DNA of 63,203 nucleotides, counting the filler, from Octopus bimaculoides (lineage: Eukaryota): the NCBI RefSeq assembly GCF_001194135.2. It is 12 parts of 12 records of this genome, joined end to end, with 100 filler letters (N's around TTAATTAATTAA, not from the genome) between each part and the next. Parts side by side here need not be neighbours in the genome. Positions count along the whole stretch, not along the records: positions 37,993 to 56,475 come from NC_069004.1; positions 56,576 to 58,598 come from NW_026360414.1; positions 58,699 to 59,786 come from NW_026404006.1; positions 59,887 to 62,020 come from NC_068995.1; positions 62,121 to 63,203 come from NC_068985.1; 7 more parts are not named here. The stretch is one strand, 5' to 3'. Of the stretch, positions 52,003-63,171 are shown one piece after another. The notes under the pieces are model-generated. The model was given only the letters and a program-made list of their open reading frames with translations, did no database searches and was not told the origin of the DNA. How positions within the stretch are numbered: the first letter of the stretch is position 1; the number at the start of each line of letters is the position of its first letter. A program made the translations under genes and the position numbers.

Positions 52003-52033
<31 letters not shown>

Positions 52034-55000
52034 CACATACATACAACAGGCTTCTTTCAGTTTCCATCTACCAAATCCACTCACAAGGCATTGGTTGGCC
52101 TGAGGCTATAGTAAAAGACACTTGCCCAAGGTGCCACACAGTAGGATTGAACCTGGAACCACATGCTTGGAAAGCAAGCTTCTTCCTACACAATCATGCC
52201 AGTGCCTATATTCCTAATTTGCTAATAAACCCATCACTAAATCCCTTAGATTATGGTTAACTGTAATTTAGATTGATTAAACGATATACATTGTTATATA
52301 GGTTGACCAAACTAGTACCAATCATTGCTGCTGTGTATAGTAATTAAAGAGTAATTACCAAGAGTAAACTTGTAATTATAACTGAGACATCAAAGAGAGA
52401 AGGATTAGAGAGATTTGATAAAGGTCTGTAACAGCGATTTGTGAATATAAACAGTTCAAAAGTAGAATAAATTGGTTTGTTGTGTGGAATAAGGACTGTG
52501 TAGAGTTTCTGGCAGTGCCGTTCTTTGGAGAATAATTAAGCTCTGCTGGAATTGACTAAATAGAAAGGGTGTGTGGAGAATTGTAGACTGTGGGTGCAGA
52601 TGTGTGGCTGTGTAGTAAATGGCTTGGTTCCTAACCACAGGATTTTAGGTTCAGTCCCACCGCACGGCTCCTTGGACAGGCGTCTTCTACAGCCTTGGGC
52701 CAACCAAAGCTTTTGTAAGAGGATTTGGTAGATGGAAACTGAAGGAATACTGGCATGTAAATATATACATGCCTACACACACACATATCTATACATATAT
52801 ATATATATATCATCATCATCGTTTAACGTCCGCTTTCCATGCTAGCATGGGGGAATGCTGAAAACTTCCTGGATTTGAGTAAAAGTAAAAGAAAATACAG
52901 GAGGACCAGTTATGATTTTATTGAAATATTCCCCTCTCAGATTCACTTTTATTGCAGTGGTCCTTTTCAGCACCCCCTCGTGTATGTATATTTGTGTGAT
53001 ATTCACATACACTTGCAAACACATGCATATCTATATGTATGTGTGTGTGTGTGTGTTTCTCGCACACTGCTTGACAACCGGTGTTGGTGTGTTTATGTCA
53101 TTAACAAGAGACCAGGCTTTAAAAAATTCATACTGGGGTCAATACATTTCATTAAAATACTCCATGGCAGTGGTACTCCAGCATGGCCACAGTGTAATAA
53201 CTGAAGAAAAAAAAAAAAGATTTATGATGTAAGCATGTGCTTATAAACACACACACATACATGAGTATTGAGAGGGGGCTACTTTTTCCAGTTTCCATTT
53301 ACCAAATCTACTCACAGGTTTTGGTGAGCCTGAGGCTATAGAAGATACTTGCCCAAAGTGCTATGCAGCAGGATTGAACCTGAAACTCTGTGGTTATGAA
53401 GTGACACCTATGCTTAGAGTAATATATAGCAGAGTATAAAAACCAAAATGCAAACCTTAATGAAATGATTGCACACTCTGTGGCCATCCAAGGTGGGATT
53501 GTTCTCTCTATAGAATTCCACATCAAAGTAGAGCTTACAGACAGCACCTGCAAAATAATGGTGGCAGCAAAGTGAGAACTAAATAGTCTTTAACAAATTA
53601 AATGATGTTGTAGAACATTAGAATTGGGTGCAGGCATGGTTGGTGGAGGGCTTAAGAAGTTTTACCATCATGGGCACATGTAGACTTCAGTCCCATTGCA
53701 CGGCGCCTTATATTATGGCCATGAGTCAAGAAAGCCTTTTCGGTGGATTTGGCAGATGGAAACTGAAACAAGTGCTGTGTGCATGCGTGTGCACACATTC
53801 ATGTATGTATGTATGTGTGCGTGTATGAGAGATTGACAGAGGGAGAGAAAATCTTACCTTCTGGGATGATCTCATAATGGTGCTGTTTACCTTCCTTCAG
53901 CTGGCTGGACATAAGAAAGAAAGAAAGAACAAAGAATACAGAAAATGCTCAGAGAAAATACTCCAACCCCCACTCCTTCCGTTGTTTCAGTAAACAATTC
54001 AACCCTTTAAATTAGCATTTAAAACTGACCACATCCAGCCATAATATTCAAACTGACCAAATACAGCCTCTTCCGTCTTACTTTATGATGTCAGAGTGAA
54101 AGTAGAAAATCCCATAATTTGAAATCTCCAAGCTGTGAGACAACGCAGGATTAAAATCAAAAGGGGAATCAATGAACATTACGTATGACAAACTAACCTG
54201 AATGCTAAAAGGTTAGAAACGTCATGGCAAAATTCACCAGGGACGCCTTCTGCATAAAGAACATAATAGGAAAAAAAAAAAACAAGAAAAAACAGCCGTG
54301 GCTGCGGGATAAAAGGTTTGGTTCCCAACCACATGGTTCTGGTTTCAGTCCCATAGTGCAGCACCTTGGGTAAGTGTCTTCTACTCTAGATTTGGGCTGA
54401 CCAAAGCCTTGAAAGTGGATTTGGTAGATAGAAACTGAAAGAAGCTTGTCATATATGTAAGCCTGAATGTATACATACATGTGTGTGTATACACATGTAT
54501 ACCCTTCACAAGAAGGCATTGTAAAGGAGCATCACTGTCATACAAGCAGTGTTATTTGTTTCCAGTTTGGCCATGGAGAAATATCACCTGGCTTGGAAAG
54601 TAAAGGTTAGCAACAGGAAGGGTATCCTGCTATAGAAAATCTGCCTCAACAAATTCCGACCCATGCAAGTATAAAAAAGTGGATGTTAAAACAATGATGA
54701 TGATTATGTGTGTAGAGAGGAAGAGAGAGAGAGATTGTACATGTGTTGCTGAAGGAATCATCATTTACTTTCTATTGTAGGGGGAGCTGGGGGCCAGTAA
54801 TGCAGTCATCATCATCGTTTAATGTCTGCCTTCCATGCTAGCATAGGTTGGACGATTTGACTGAGGACTGGTGAAAACGGATAGCTACACCAGGCTCCAA
54901 TCTGATTTGGCAGAGTTTCTACAGCTGGATGCCCTTCCTAACGCCAACCACTCAGAGAGTGTAGTGGTTGCTTTTACGTGTCACCCACACGAAGGCCAGT

Positions 55001-55188
55001 CAGGCGGTACTGGCATCGGCCACGCTCAAAATGGTGTATATATCGCAGTGTTGCGATATTTATGCCTTTCCTAAGGATACTTACCTATAATAATGCCAAA
55101 AGACAGGATAAGGCGAGACTAGGAACATGCGTTGGCCTTGCATCTCCGAGACGAAGGATTTGCTTTCGTAAGCAAACACACGAAGATC
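42189..55188 (-). CDS. PRIMPOL: DNA-directed primase/polymerase PrimPol, spliced CDS of 11 exons (1554 nt, 517 aa + stop); N-terminal roughly 60 aa not found in this scaffold
   Basis: Exons (minus): 55188-55085, 53904-53858, 53547-53456, 51552-51479, 50613-50540, 49999-49631, 49046-48896, 47441-47350, 46386-46182, 44544-44462, 42451-42189. All introns are GT-AG and the phases chain into one open frame. Motifs match human PrimPol as recalled: LYFDVEF (DxE), SEHLIF (SxH), CDLGVY, RNFRL, zinc finger C-x6-H...C-x4-C, acidic tail. Confidence 0.95.
42821..43007. mobile_element. piggyBac-type MITE
   Basis: TTAA|CCCTTT ... AAAGGG|TTAA; related CCCTTT-starting decayed copies near 45898 and 54002. Confidence 0.75.
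43620..44334 (-). mobile_element. Hsmar1-like mariner 5' half, interrupted by a SINE
   Basis: TIR tattgggttggcaagaaagtaatt at about 44310-44334; NEHFHHILLF...GKKAAEA...QKWF..F.SGDLSLKD..GRP.EVDDD. Confidence 0.8.
44462..44544 (-). CDS. PRIMPOL: PrimPol exon: LIVDLKQCVYYQKCHDPDCKRINYRSE (second half of zinc finger)
   Basis: tcttccag acceptor, gtatga donor; matches LVDLKNEVWYQKCHDPVC; phase 2 to 1. Confidence 0.96.
46182..46386 (-). CDS. PRIMPOL: PrimPol exon: ...SPYPEIDAFINSII...IFRWMYFSNENLLGYDICQYRWCGNIGREHRSNNI (first half of zinc finger)
   Basis: ccttacag acceptor, gtagg donor; matches SPYPEVDHF...RRWNYF...YDICKYRWCENIGRAHKSNNI; phase 1 to 2. Confidence 0.96.
46590..47205 (+). mobile_element. 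Retroposon family D, long copy, (GAT)n tail, inserted into a family C SINE
   Basis: The 3' ~280 bp is shared with 41519-41802, 43907-44173 and 54806-55040(-); the host SINE C halves are at 46520-46589 and 47206-47320. Confidence 0.8.
47350..47441 (-). CDS. PRIMPOL: PrimPol exon: YHQDLRILTFNTPGEIKLKQKRLLAVQKNE
   Basis: attccag acceptor, gtacg donor; matches FSDTLRILT; phase 2 to 1. Confidence 0.85.
48361..48775 (+). mobile_element. tRNA-derived SINE family B (CORE-like ttgggcaagtg motif), full length with an internal microsatellite
   Basis: ggttcagtccc B-box-like head; many other copies, e.g. about 2114-2253, 3473-3685, 29388-29782, 34470-34930(-), 48050-48320, 51615-52200(-), 52600-52750, 53250-53400(-), 54295-54450. 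Confidence 0.88.
48896..49046 (-). CDS. PRIMPOL: PrimPol exon: VYSKNRNFRLFLSSKLRKKNPLLVSGHNQYPTDQSDQQSVFFDSLIANV
   Basis: ctgcag acceptor, gtaagt donor; matches VYTRNRNFRLYKSSK; phase 1 to 2. Confidence 0.95.
49631..49999 (-). CDS. PRIMPOL: PrimPol exon (369 nt) with low-complexity insertion, ending at ICDL(G)
   Basis: ccag acceptor, gtaagt donor; the ends match GNFLRKIL and FVDLG; phase 1 to 1. Confidence 0.9.
50540..50613 (-). CDS. PRIMPOL: PrimPol exon with SxH motif: TSSKYSEHLIFILNQAAFKDNSHV
   Basis: ttttcag acceptor, gtaagt donor; matches KFSRHLIFQLHDVAFKDNIHVG; phase 2 to 1. Confidence 0.95.
51479..51552 (-). CDS. PRIMPOL: PrimPol exon: YVCAWIQYLFKVPCDCRCVLRLDAS
   Basis: ttttccag acceptor, gtatgg donor; matches YVCKALQELYGVNC...VLNLDSS; phase 0 to 2. 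Confidence 0.92.
52849..52980 (-). mobile_element. Second, more deleted copy of the 295-483 mariner MITE
   Basis: gaaaatacaggaggacc...ttatgattttatt...cccctctcagattcac is the reverse complement of about 385-450; TIR cagcaccccctcg. Confidence 0.7.
53456..53547 (-). CDS. PRIMPOL: PrimPol exon with catalytic DxE: AVCKLYFDVEFYRENNPTLDGHRVCNHFIK
   Basis: ttttgcag acceptor, gt donor; matches AVCKLYFDLEF; phase 1 to 0. Confidence 0.95.
53858..53904 (-). CDS. PRIMPOL: PrimPol exon: QLKEGKQHHYEIIPE
   Basis: Polypyrimidine tract plus ccag acceptor, gtaaga donor; matches HCYEVIPE; phase 2 to 1. Confidence 0.88.
55085..55188 (-). CDS. PRIMPOL: PrimPol exon: DLRVFAYESKSFVSEMQGQRMFLVSPYPVFWHYY
   Basis: tttgtcag acceptor, gtaagt donor; matches DVHVFALE...GQRIYLVTTYAEFWFYY; phase 0 to 2. 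Confidence 0.92.
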
Positions 55189-55294
55189 CTGACAAAAGAC
55201 AAATATAAACATTATTGAGAGACAAGAAGGGAAGCAAGGAAACGGAACTGGATGTGTAGGTGTTTTTTATCTTTTATTTGCGTCTGTTGTTAGA

Positions 55295-55742
55295 CCATGG
55301 CCATGCTGGGGCATCACCTAAAAGGAGAATTTTAGTCGAATGTATCAACCCCTGTACTCATTTTCTTTTCAAGCCTGGTACTTCTATTGGTTTTTGTCAA
55401 ACGTTAGTGGGACAAACACACCAATACCAGTTGTCAGGCAGTGGTGGGGTGATATGCAAGTATATACATATATGACAGGCTTCTTTAAGTTTCCATCTAC
55501 CAAATCTACTCCCAAGGCTTCTTTCAGTTTCCATCCACCAAATCCACTCCCAAGGCTTCTTTCAGTTTCCATCTACCAAATCCACTCCCAAGGCTTCTTT
55601 CAGTTTCCATCTACCAAATCCACTCCCAAGGCTTTGGTCAACCTAAGGCCATAATAGAAGTCACTTGCCCAAGGTGTCATGCAGTGGGACTGAACCTGGA
55701 ACCATGTAGCTGGGTTAGCAAGCTTCTTACCACACAGCCATG
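55295..55742 (-). mobile_element. SINE family B copy with an internal 38-bp x4 amplification
   Basis: ggcttctttcagtttccatctaccaaatccactcccaa repeated at 55478, 55516, 55554, 55592. Confidence 0.88.
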
Positions 55743-56235
55743 TCTATGCCTATCACACTCACGCAATGAAAAATACAACTACACACACACAGCAATATAC
55801 TAAGGAATGACACACTTCTGTTTTACTACTATTTTTCCATATAAGCAACGAGATGGGGGAACTGTTAGGACATCACGTAAAATACTTAGTGACATTTAAT
55901 TCATCTGTATGTTTTGAGTTCAAATTCCCATGAAGTCAACTTTGCCTTTCACTGTTTTGGGGTTAATAAAATAAGCAATAGTTGAGTACTAGGGTACCTG
56001 TAATCAATTTACCAATTCCTTCAAACTTTCTGGGCTTGTGTCAGAATTTGAAACTATTATTTTCCAATATCTCTTGACTTGTGTGGATTATGTTAAAGAT
56101 TTAATATACAGGGTTGGCCAAAAGTCACCTGACAGTAAATCAAAACCATTTAATTCCAAGATTAAAACAGAAAATTACTATTTTTAAATCTCAGAACGTG
56201 ATATATTCAGCAACAGTACTTTGTAGTGAAGCTTA

Positions 56236-56466
56236 TTTGCCAACATAACGTGGTAGTCCTGGTTTAGGACGAATGTTGCTGTAATTTAGCCCCAGGAGAC
56301 GTCGTCCCCCAGCTGGCTGTATGACACGATCTGTGTTCTTATATTTCCTTGTTCGAAAATATAAGGACATAGATCATGTCGTATAGCCAGCTGGAGACGA
56401 TGTCGCCTGGGGCGAAATTACAGCAACATTTGTCCTAAACCAGGACTACCATGTTATGTTGGCAAA
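56236..56466. mobile_element. Foldback/palindromic MITE (about 112-bp arms, about 7-nt loop)
   Basis: 56236-56347 is roughly 90% identical (by eye) to the reverse complement of 56355-56466. Confidence 0.85.
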
Positions 56467-56475
56467 CAATGTTTA

Positions 56476-56575
56476 NNNNNNNNNNNNNNNNNNNNNNNNN
56501 NNNNNNNNNNNNNNNNNNNTTAATTAATTAANNNNNNNNNNNNNNNNNNNNNNNNNNNNNNNNNNNNNNNNNNNN
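56476..56575. other. Artificial scaffold linker
   Basis: 44N + TTAATTAATTAA (56520-56531) + 44N. Confidence 0.97.
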
Positions 56576-57080
56576 ATATATACAATTTGAATATTCTTAC
56601 CTCTGAGGAAAGAGGTAGCTTCTCACAGATTTAGAAATCTCCATCGTTGGAAGGTAGATAACAGAAAGATATTCATAATTTTAATTTCAGAAAAAAATCT
56701 TGTCATTTTTTATTGATCTACTTACAAATTCGTAAGTGGATTACTAACATCCGAATTAGCTGAGTGAATACTTATAATCAGGCTCTTGAACAGTTTCAAC
56801 TATCAAATTCCTCTGACAATTGTTTTTGTCAGCAAGAGACTATGGTAAAAATCAGTTGCACAATGTGCTATGCAGTGAGAGAATACGTTATTTGCCGAGA
56901 GCTATACCAGCAACCATTATGTTGACAATTTCAATATAAGACAAATTATTTATTCTTTAAGGCGAGTGCAACTCTCAGGTGTGATCTCATGTAATATATA
57001 TTGTATTACGTTGGACTGAATAAAATAATGATGTCTAAGTACAACAACACTAGAGCTTGGATTCGAGCTTTAACAATGTA

Positions 57081-58004
57081 CGGGGTGGTTTCAAAAGGTT
57101 TAAGGACTAGTTATCTTTAATAGAGAAAGATTATGCATTTACAAAAGATTTAACATCCTCTCCTTCGAAATAGTCACCTTGCACAGCAATACAAGGGTCG
57201 CAGCGTTGCTGACACTTATGGAATCCTGACTGGTATTTGTTTTCCGTAACCGAGTCAAGGACCTTCTGCTACTTGCTCTAGATCTTAACAACGGTGTTAA
57301 AACGGCGACGTTTCAGCTACACTTTCATCTTTGGGAAGAGGTGGCAGTTCACAGGTGCTGAATCTGGTGAACTATGCGGGTGTAGGAGCCATGCCATGTT
57401 GGCTTTAGCAAGTAACTTAGAAGTGAGGAGAGCTCGGTGACAGGGTGCACTGTCTTCGTGAAGAATTCAATTCTTCGCGCTCCACAAATCCAGTCACTTT
57501 CACCGAAAGTCCTCTTCCAAACACTTCAAAACGTCCAAGTAGAACTTTCGATTGACGGTCGGGCCCTGGGGGGTGAGGTTTCGATACACAGTGCCACATT
57601 TCCAGGGGTTAACACTCGTGGAAGGTCTTTCTGAGCTCTCATCGTCTTACAGGGAGTTTCCCCTGATTTTAAAGCGCACATGGCACTCGAAACACTGCAT
57701 ATGACCCGTTGCCTCGTCCCCGTGAACTTGCCAAATTAAGCTCAATGTCTCTGTAAAAGACGTCGCAAGTTTAATGCAAAATTTCACGTTAGTTCTTTGT
57801 TTCTGTCCATGACAAAATCGCAAACTAAGGCATATGCGTAATCACAAAAACACAAATGTCACAACTAGCGAAAAAAACACAGCAATGTCACTCAGCACCG
57901 TAAATCGTGAAGGTCGTAACTCGCTCTCACTGCGCACGCAATCGTGTACTGCCATCTGTTGGTGCACTACACAACTAGTCCTAGAATGTTTTGATACCAT
58001 CACA
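57081..58004 (-). mobile_element. Decayed mariner element with TIRs and TA target duplication
   Basis: TA|cggggtggtttcaaaaggtttaaggactagt ... actagtcctagaatgttttgataccatcaca|TA; GDYFE-type C-terminus on the minus strand. Confidence 0.75.
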
Positions 58005-58057
58005 TATTAAACACTTCTCTTGAATACATTAGTTTATTTAATGACTTCTATTTTCAG

Positions 58058-58189
58058 GTAAAACAAAAGTCCAGTACCAAAGTAACTACTACAATAATAA
58101 TCAGTAATATTATTGCTGCAACTGTTCCTAACACTCCAATAACGGACCTTGATGAACCAGTTACCATATCGGTCAACTTAAAAGAACAG
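58058..58189 (+). CDS. Probable adhesion-GPCR GAIN-domain exon: VKQKSSTKVTTTIIISNIIAATVPNTPITDLDEPVTISVNLKEQ
   Basis: ttttcag acceptor, gtaaca donor, 132 nt open, phase 0-0; SNIIAATV...ITDLDEPVTI resembles the GAIN-B strand pattern S.VISA.V....I..L..PV.I; too short for the ORF track. Confidence 0.6.
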
Positions 58190-58598
58190 GTAACAGCTAT
58201 GTGTTCATTATGACCTTTGTTGTTGTTAATATTTCATTTCAAAGCCATATCTCATTCCTCTCGAAAGAAACACGGTGCTAGTAGCAGCGGTAGCAACAAC
58301 AGCAGCAGTGGTAGTAGTAGTAGTAGTGACTGTTGTACTTTTTCTTCTAGCTGTAACTCTGTTGAGCGTTATAACTTGTATGATTATAATGTAAACGTTG
58401 TGTGACGATGGAAGTATTTTTTATTCCAAGATATGCTTCAAGTCGCTTGTGTTTTATTTTCTGATCACCACCATAATACTATTATATATCTGCGTTTTAA
58501 CTTCATTGGTTGTGTCGGTGTAAAATGGCGAGCTGGCAGAATCGTTAGCACGTCGGGCGAAATGCTTAACGGTATTTCGTCTGTCTTTATGTTCTGGG

Positions 58599-58698
58599 NN
58601 NNNNNNNNNNNNNNNNNNNNNNNNNNNNNNNNNNNNNNNNNNTTAATTAATTAANNNNNNNNNNNNNNNNNNNNNNNNNNNNNNNNNNNNNNNNNNNN
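58599..58698. other. Artificial scaffold linker
   Basis: 44N + TTAATTAATTAA (58643-58654) + 44N. Confidence 0.97.
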
Positions 58699-58734
<36 letters not shown>

Positions 58735-59520
58735 TTGTATGTGTATGTGTGAGTAGTAGGAAATGCAGTCATATATACACCATAAAAACAGATTATATAC
58801 TTGCTCGACTAAAGGTGGTGCTCCAGCATGGCCACAGTCAAAAGACTGAAACAAGTAAAAGAGTAAAAGAGTAATACATATATATATATATTTACACACG
58901 CACACACGTACATACACACACACACACATACATATACACACACATACATATATACACACATACATATATATATATTCACACATACATACATATATATATA
59001 TATATACAAACACATACATATATATATATATATACACAAACACATACATATATATATATACACACACACATATATATATATATACACATATATATATATA
59101 TATACACATACATATATATATACACACACATACATACATATACACACATATACATATACACTCACATATATATACACACACATAAATATATATATACACA
59201 TGCATATATATACACACACAAACCCACAAACAGACATGCATACATGACACATAAACACACACACACACACACATAAAAGAGCACATTTATGTACACCAAT
59301 ACACATTCATATAAACACCACAGGTGTTCGTACAGACACCCTGTCCCACCCATTACTAACATACACACATACATACACGCACAAATACATACATACGTTT
59401 TAACACACTCAAACGCACACACACACACACACACACACACATAATTTGCAACCACATACCTCTACATGCACAAACGCACAATCTCAAACATGCACACACT
59501 CACACATGTATATATTTATA
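58699..59520. repeat. Long compound (TA)/(CA) low-complexity tract
   Basis: Explains the IYIY/VCVC pseudo-ORFs. Confidence 0.95.
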
Positions 59521-59695
59521 TATTCCTCAGATATTTACAGCTCTACTCGCCATACCTTTCAGACACACGTGCATACACACAGAGAAAGATTGTTTTTTGA
59601 ATAATAAACAAGAACCCGACTCTCACCCCAAATAAATTAAAATAAAGGAAAAAAATATCAGGGGACTATATCTATGCATAGTATACATACAGATG

Positions 59696-59734
<39 letters not shown>

Positions 59735-59786
59735 GATTAGATAGACAGAGAGATAGATGAGATATATATATATATTTATATATATA

Positions 59787-59886
59787 NNNNNNNNNNNNNN
59801 NNNNNNNNNNNNNNNNNNNNNNNNNNNNNNTTAATTAATTAANNNNNNNNNNNNNNNNNNNNNNNNNNNNNNNNNNNNNNNNNNNN
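59787..59886. other. Artificial scaffold linker
   Basis: 44N + TTAATTAATTAA (59831-59842) + 44N. Confidence 0.97.
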
Positions 59887-60534
59887 TAACAGACTTACTA
59901 TAGAGATTGGGAAAACACTTCAATTATCTGTCAATCATTAGCGCAATAAAAAGACAGGTGATATTGTGAGTGTTTTAAATATAAAAGCAATAAGACTGCA
60001 ATTAACTCAAATTTTGGAAAAATGAAAAACATCGCAGCTGATAGTTAATTTTGTCTTTAAAGCCCACTCATGAGAGTAACGGACGAATTTGTTCTTGTTA
60101 GATTTTATCAGTGAAATAATACGAAGAAATGATTAGATGATTAGTATATACAGAAATAGGAGATAGTAGTGGCGTTAATTATGAAGACCAACTATAATTG
60201 ACACATAATGAGGAAAATCTTTCAGAGGAGTGGGCTGCACTGTGTACGCTAGGTACTGCTAATGTAAACGTAATAGGTTGGTTAGAAAATAATATATCCG
60301 ATTAACTGAGATTATCTTTTTACTTAGAGCTAAAACTCCTATATCAAATATTCCACTCCTGAGAAGTTATCTCTTTTGCTTCTTAACTATTGACTCTATT
60401 TATCTATTTATTTATTTTATTTGCTGAGTCTGGAGACAGAGGTAGAGCCCATAGTTAGTGCATGGCTCCCGACATCGGTGAGATTGATGTCGTTAATTTT
60501 CCGTTTGCTGCAGGTCTTACTTTGCTTACTCGCT

Positions 60535-62020
60535 AGTAGTTGTCCGTCAATTTTGACGACGTCGTTGTCCTCTAGGAGTCTTATCCTATATTTTGTAAGT
60601 TGATAGATGTAAAGCAATCCGATCCTGGAATGGCATGTCCTTGAGCACAGATGACAAAGGAAGCTGCCCATTATGTTGTTGGTGAGTCTGATATGAAGTT
60701 GACGTCTCTTTTCCTGAAGCTTCTCACGTTGGATTAGTTCAAAGTGTGCAGCTCCTTCGCCGCAGAGGGAGCGCTAGGTTTGCCAGTTCCGGGCGAGATG
60801 TACAAGTCGTGCCGCTTGACTGTTGTAGGAATTGAGGACAAGCTTAAGATGGTCAGTAAACCCTTTCTTGGGTCCCCCATGCAGGTGAACACCGGTTGAT
60901 AGCTCTCCGAAGAAGACCATTTTCGGGAGACGATTATCAGGCATCTTGGCAGACCCATCTTAGAAGAAGCCGTTAGATGATGGCTTCAACGCTGGAGATT
61001 CCAGCTTTGCAGCAGAATTTCTATGCGGGGGACCTTATCTTTCCAAGTAATGCGTAAAATTCGTTGGAGACAACAGATGTGAAATTACTCTAGCTTCCTC
61101 ACATGATGGCGGTATACGGTCCAGCATTCGCATCCATACAATAATGTTGAGACGACAAGAGCGCGATAGACAGCAATCATAGTGGCAAGCTTCAGATTTC
61201 TGTTTTTAAAACACTCGTTCTCAGAGGCGTCCAAAGGAAGAAGAGGCGAGGTTGATCCGTCGTAGGATGTCATCGTTGACATGTTCATTTTATATGACAC
61301 TGCCTAGGTAGATAAAAGAGTGAACGTTCGACAGAGGGGTGTCATATATCATTGTGTTGCTGGGTGCTTTTAATTCAAAGACGTCTGCATGCTCTCGGGT
61401 TTTTTTAAGTTGATGTCAAGACCTAGACAAGCATAGATCTCGTGCATGGCGCTTAGGGATCGCTGGAGTGAGGCTGTTTCGTGAGCGGCGTCATCTGCAT
61501 ATTGGAGTTCAAAATTCTGCGATGTTGGTAACAAAGTTTTTGATTTGAGCCGGCGGGTGTTGGAAATACTGCCATCAAAGTGGTAACGGATATTATACCA
61601 TCGTCGGAACCTACTTGGACCCGGGAGAGGAAAGTCACAGCAACTATTTAGATGTTGAACAAAACAGGGGAGAGGATGCAGCCATATTTGACTCTCGATT
61701 TAACACTGAATTGTTTTGAAGATGCTCCACCGAGAGAGACTGTGGCTAGCATTCTGTCGTGGAATTTGCGGATGATAGTTAAAGCGGTTAGAGGACAGCC
61801 GAACTTTGTAAGAAGTTTCCATAAGATTTCGCGATTAACGATGTCAAAAGCCTTCGTCAAATCGATGAAACCAAAATTCATTTCTTTTTGTTGTTCTCTG
61901 TATTTTTCGATAAATAAACGTGCAACAAATATACCAATTGTGCTTCCTTCGGGTCTGAAACCACATTGAGATTCAGGGATGCGCTCCGACACGAAGATGA
62001 GACGATGACGGAGAATAATG
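60535..62020 (-). mobile_element. RTE-clade LINE (RT, C-terminal zinc finger, 3' UTR), decayed
   Basis: PESQCGFRP, FIDLTKAFD.VNRE.LW..L.KFGCP, VK.GCILSP.LFNI, YRALVVSTLLYGCECWT, C..C.R.C.SRIGL; frameshifts. Confidence 0.92.
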
Positions 62021-62120
62021 NNNNNNNNNNNNNNNNNNNNNNNNNNNNNNNNNNNNNNNNNNNNTTAATTAATTAANNNNNNNNNNNNNNNNNNNNNNNN
62101 NNNNNNNNNNNNNNNNNNNN
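62021..62120. other. Artificial scaffold linker
   Basis: 44N + TTAATTAATTAA (62065-62076) + 44N. Confidence 0.97.
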
Positions 62121-62191
62121 GGTAATGATGATGATTATGAAGACAATGATCAAGACGTCGCCGCCGCTGCCGCCGACGACGACGACAACGA

Positions 62192-62235
<44 letters not shown>

Positions 62236-62784
62236 AACGATGATGACGATGATGATGTTTGACTCAGAGCTTTAGTTTTCGAGAGGTCTATCGTCGTTTG
62301 TATCGACCCAAACATTTAATGAGAACGAACGGAAAAGAAAAAGAAAAAGAAAAAGAAAATGAAAACCAGAAGCAAACAGTAAAAATAACAAAAACAAAAC
62401 AAAAACAAAACAAAAACAGTAAAACAAACAACGCAATCGTATTAAAAGATGTAGAGTAAAGTCCGGAATCTGAAAGAGGAAACTGTTGAAAGTGTAACTG
62501 TGTGTGTGTGTGTGTGTGTGTGTGTTCGTTTCGCGCGTAGCGTCTGCTGCGACAATTAATGAAAGTTAGCTGCACCACTACGACGACGACGACAACGCCT
62601 ATGTCGAAGGCGGCAAAAGTAAGAATAATAACTTCTCGCATAACAATATTTCATCCACTTCGACCTGCTAGAAATAGCAGCCAAAATATCACCTTCCATC
62701 AAATCTCTATCTGTCTATATAATGTCTAAAAGCGAGGAAAACACGTTCTGTGTCATAGTCCTATATCTTTTATCGTTTAACTTT

Positions 62785-63171
62785 CATTTGTTCCAGTCAT
62801 TTGACTGCGGCCATGCTGGGGCAACGCCTGGAAGGGCTTTTAGTCGAAGAAATCAACCCCAGGAACTTCTTTTTTTTTTTAAAGTTTGGCATTTATTCTA
62901 TCGGAGTCTTTTTGCCGAACCGCTATGTTACGGTGACGTAAACACACCAACATCGGTTGTCAAGCGATGGTGGGAGGACAAACACAGATACACACACACA
63001 CATATATACGACGGGCTTCTTTTAGTTTCCATCTACCAAATCCATTCACAAGGCTTTGGTCGGCCCAAGGCTAAAGTAGAAGGCACTTGCCCAAGGTGCC
63101 ACGCAGTGAAACTGAAACCGGAACCATGTGGTTGGTAAGCAAGCTGTTTATCATACAGCCACTCCTGCGCC
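62785..63171 (-). mobile_element. SINE family B, full length
   Basis: Reverse complement of the 48361-48775 type, with an internal (TG/TA)n. Confidence 0.88.

Noticed and set aside
54196-54262. Possible extra PrimPol exon (EGVPGEFCHDVSNLLAFR)
   Set aside because: No PrimPol similarity, it overlaps a MITE end, and the flanking exons already join in phase.
54855-54885. CTGAGGA...GAAA hammerhead-like words on the antisense strand of family D
   Set aside because: No room for stem II, and no stem I or III complementarity.
35372-55188. SLK-PRIMPOL linkage
   Set aside because: The genes are separated by the artificial linker at 37893-37992.
55189-56475. Search for the missing PrimPol N-terminal exon
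   Set aside because: No donor-bounded frame resembling the N-terminus; it probably lies beyond the scaffold end.
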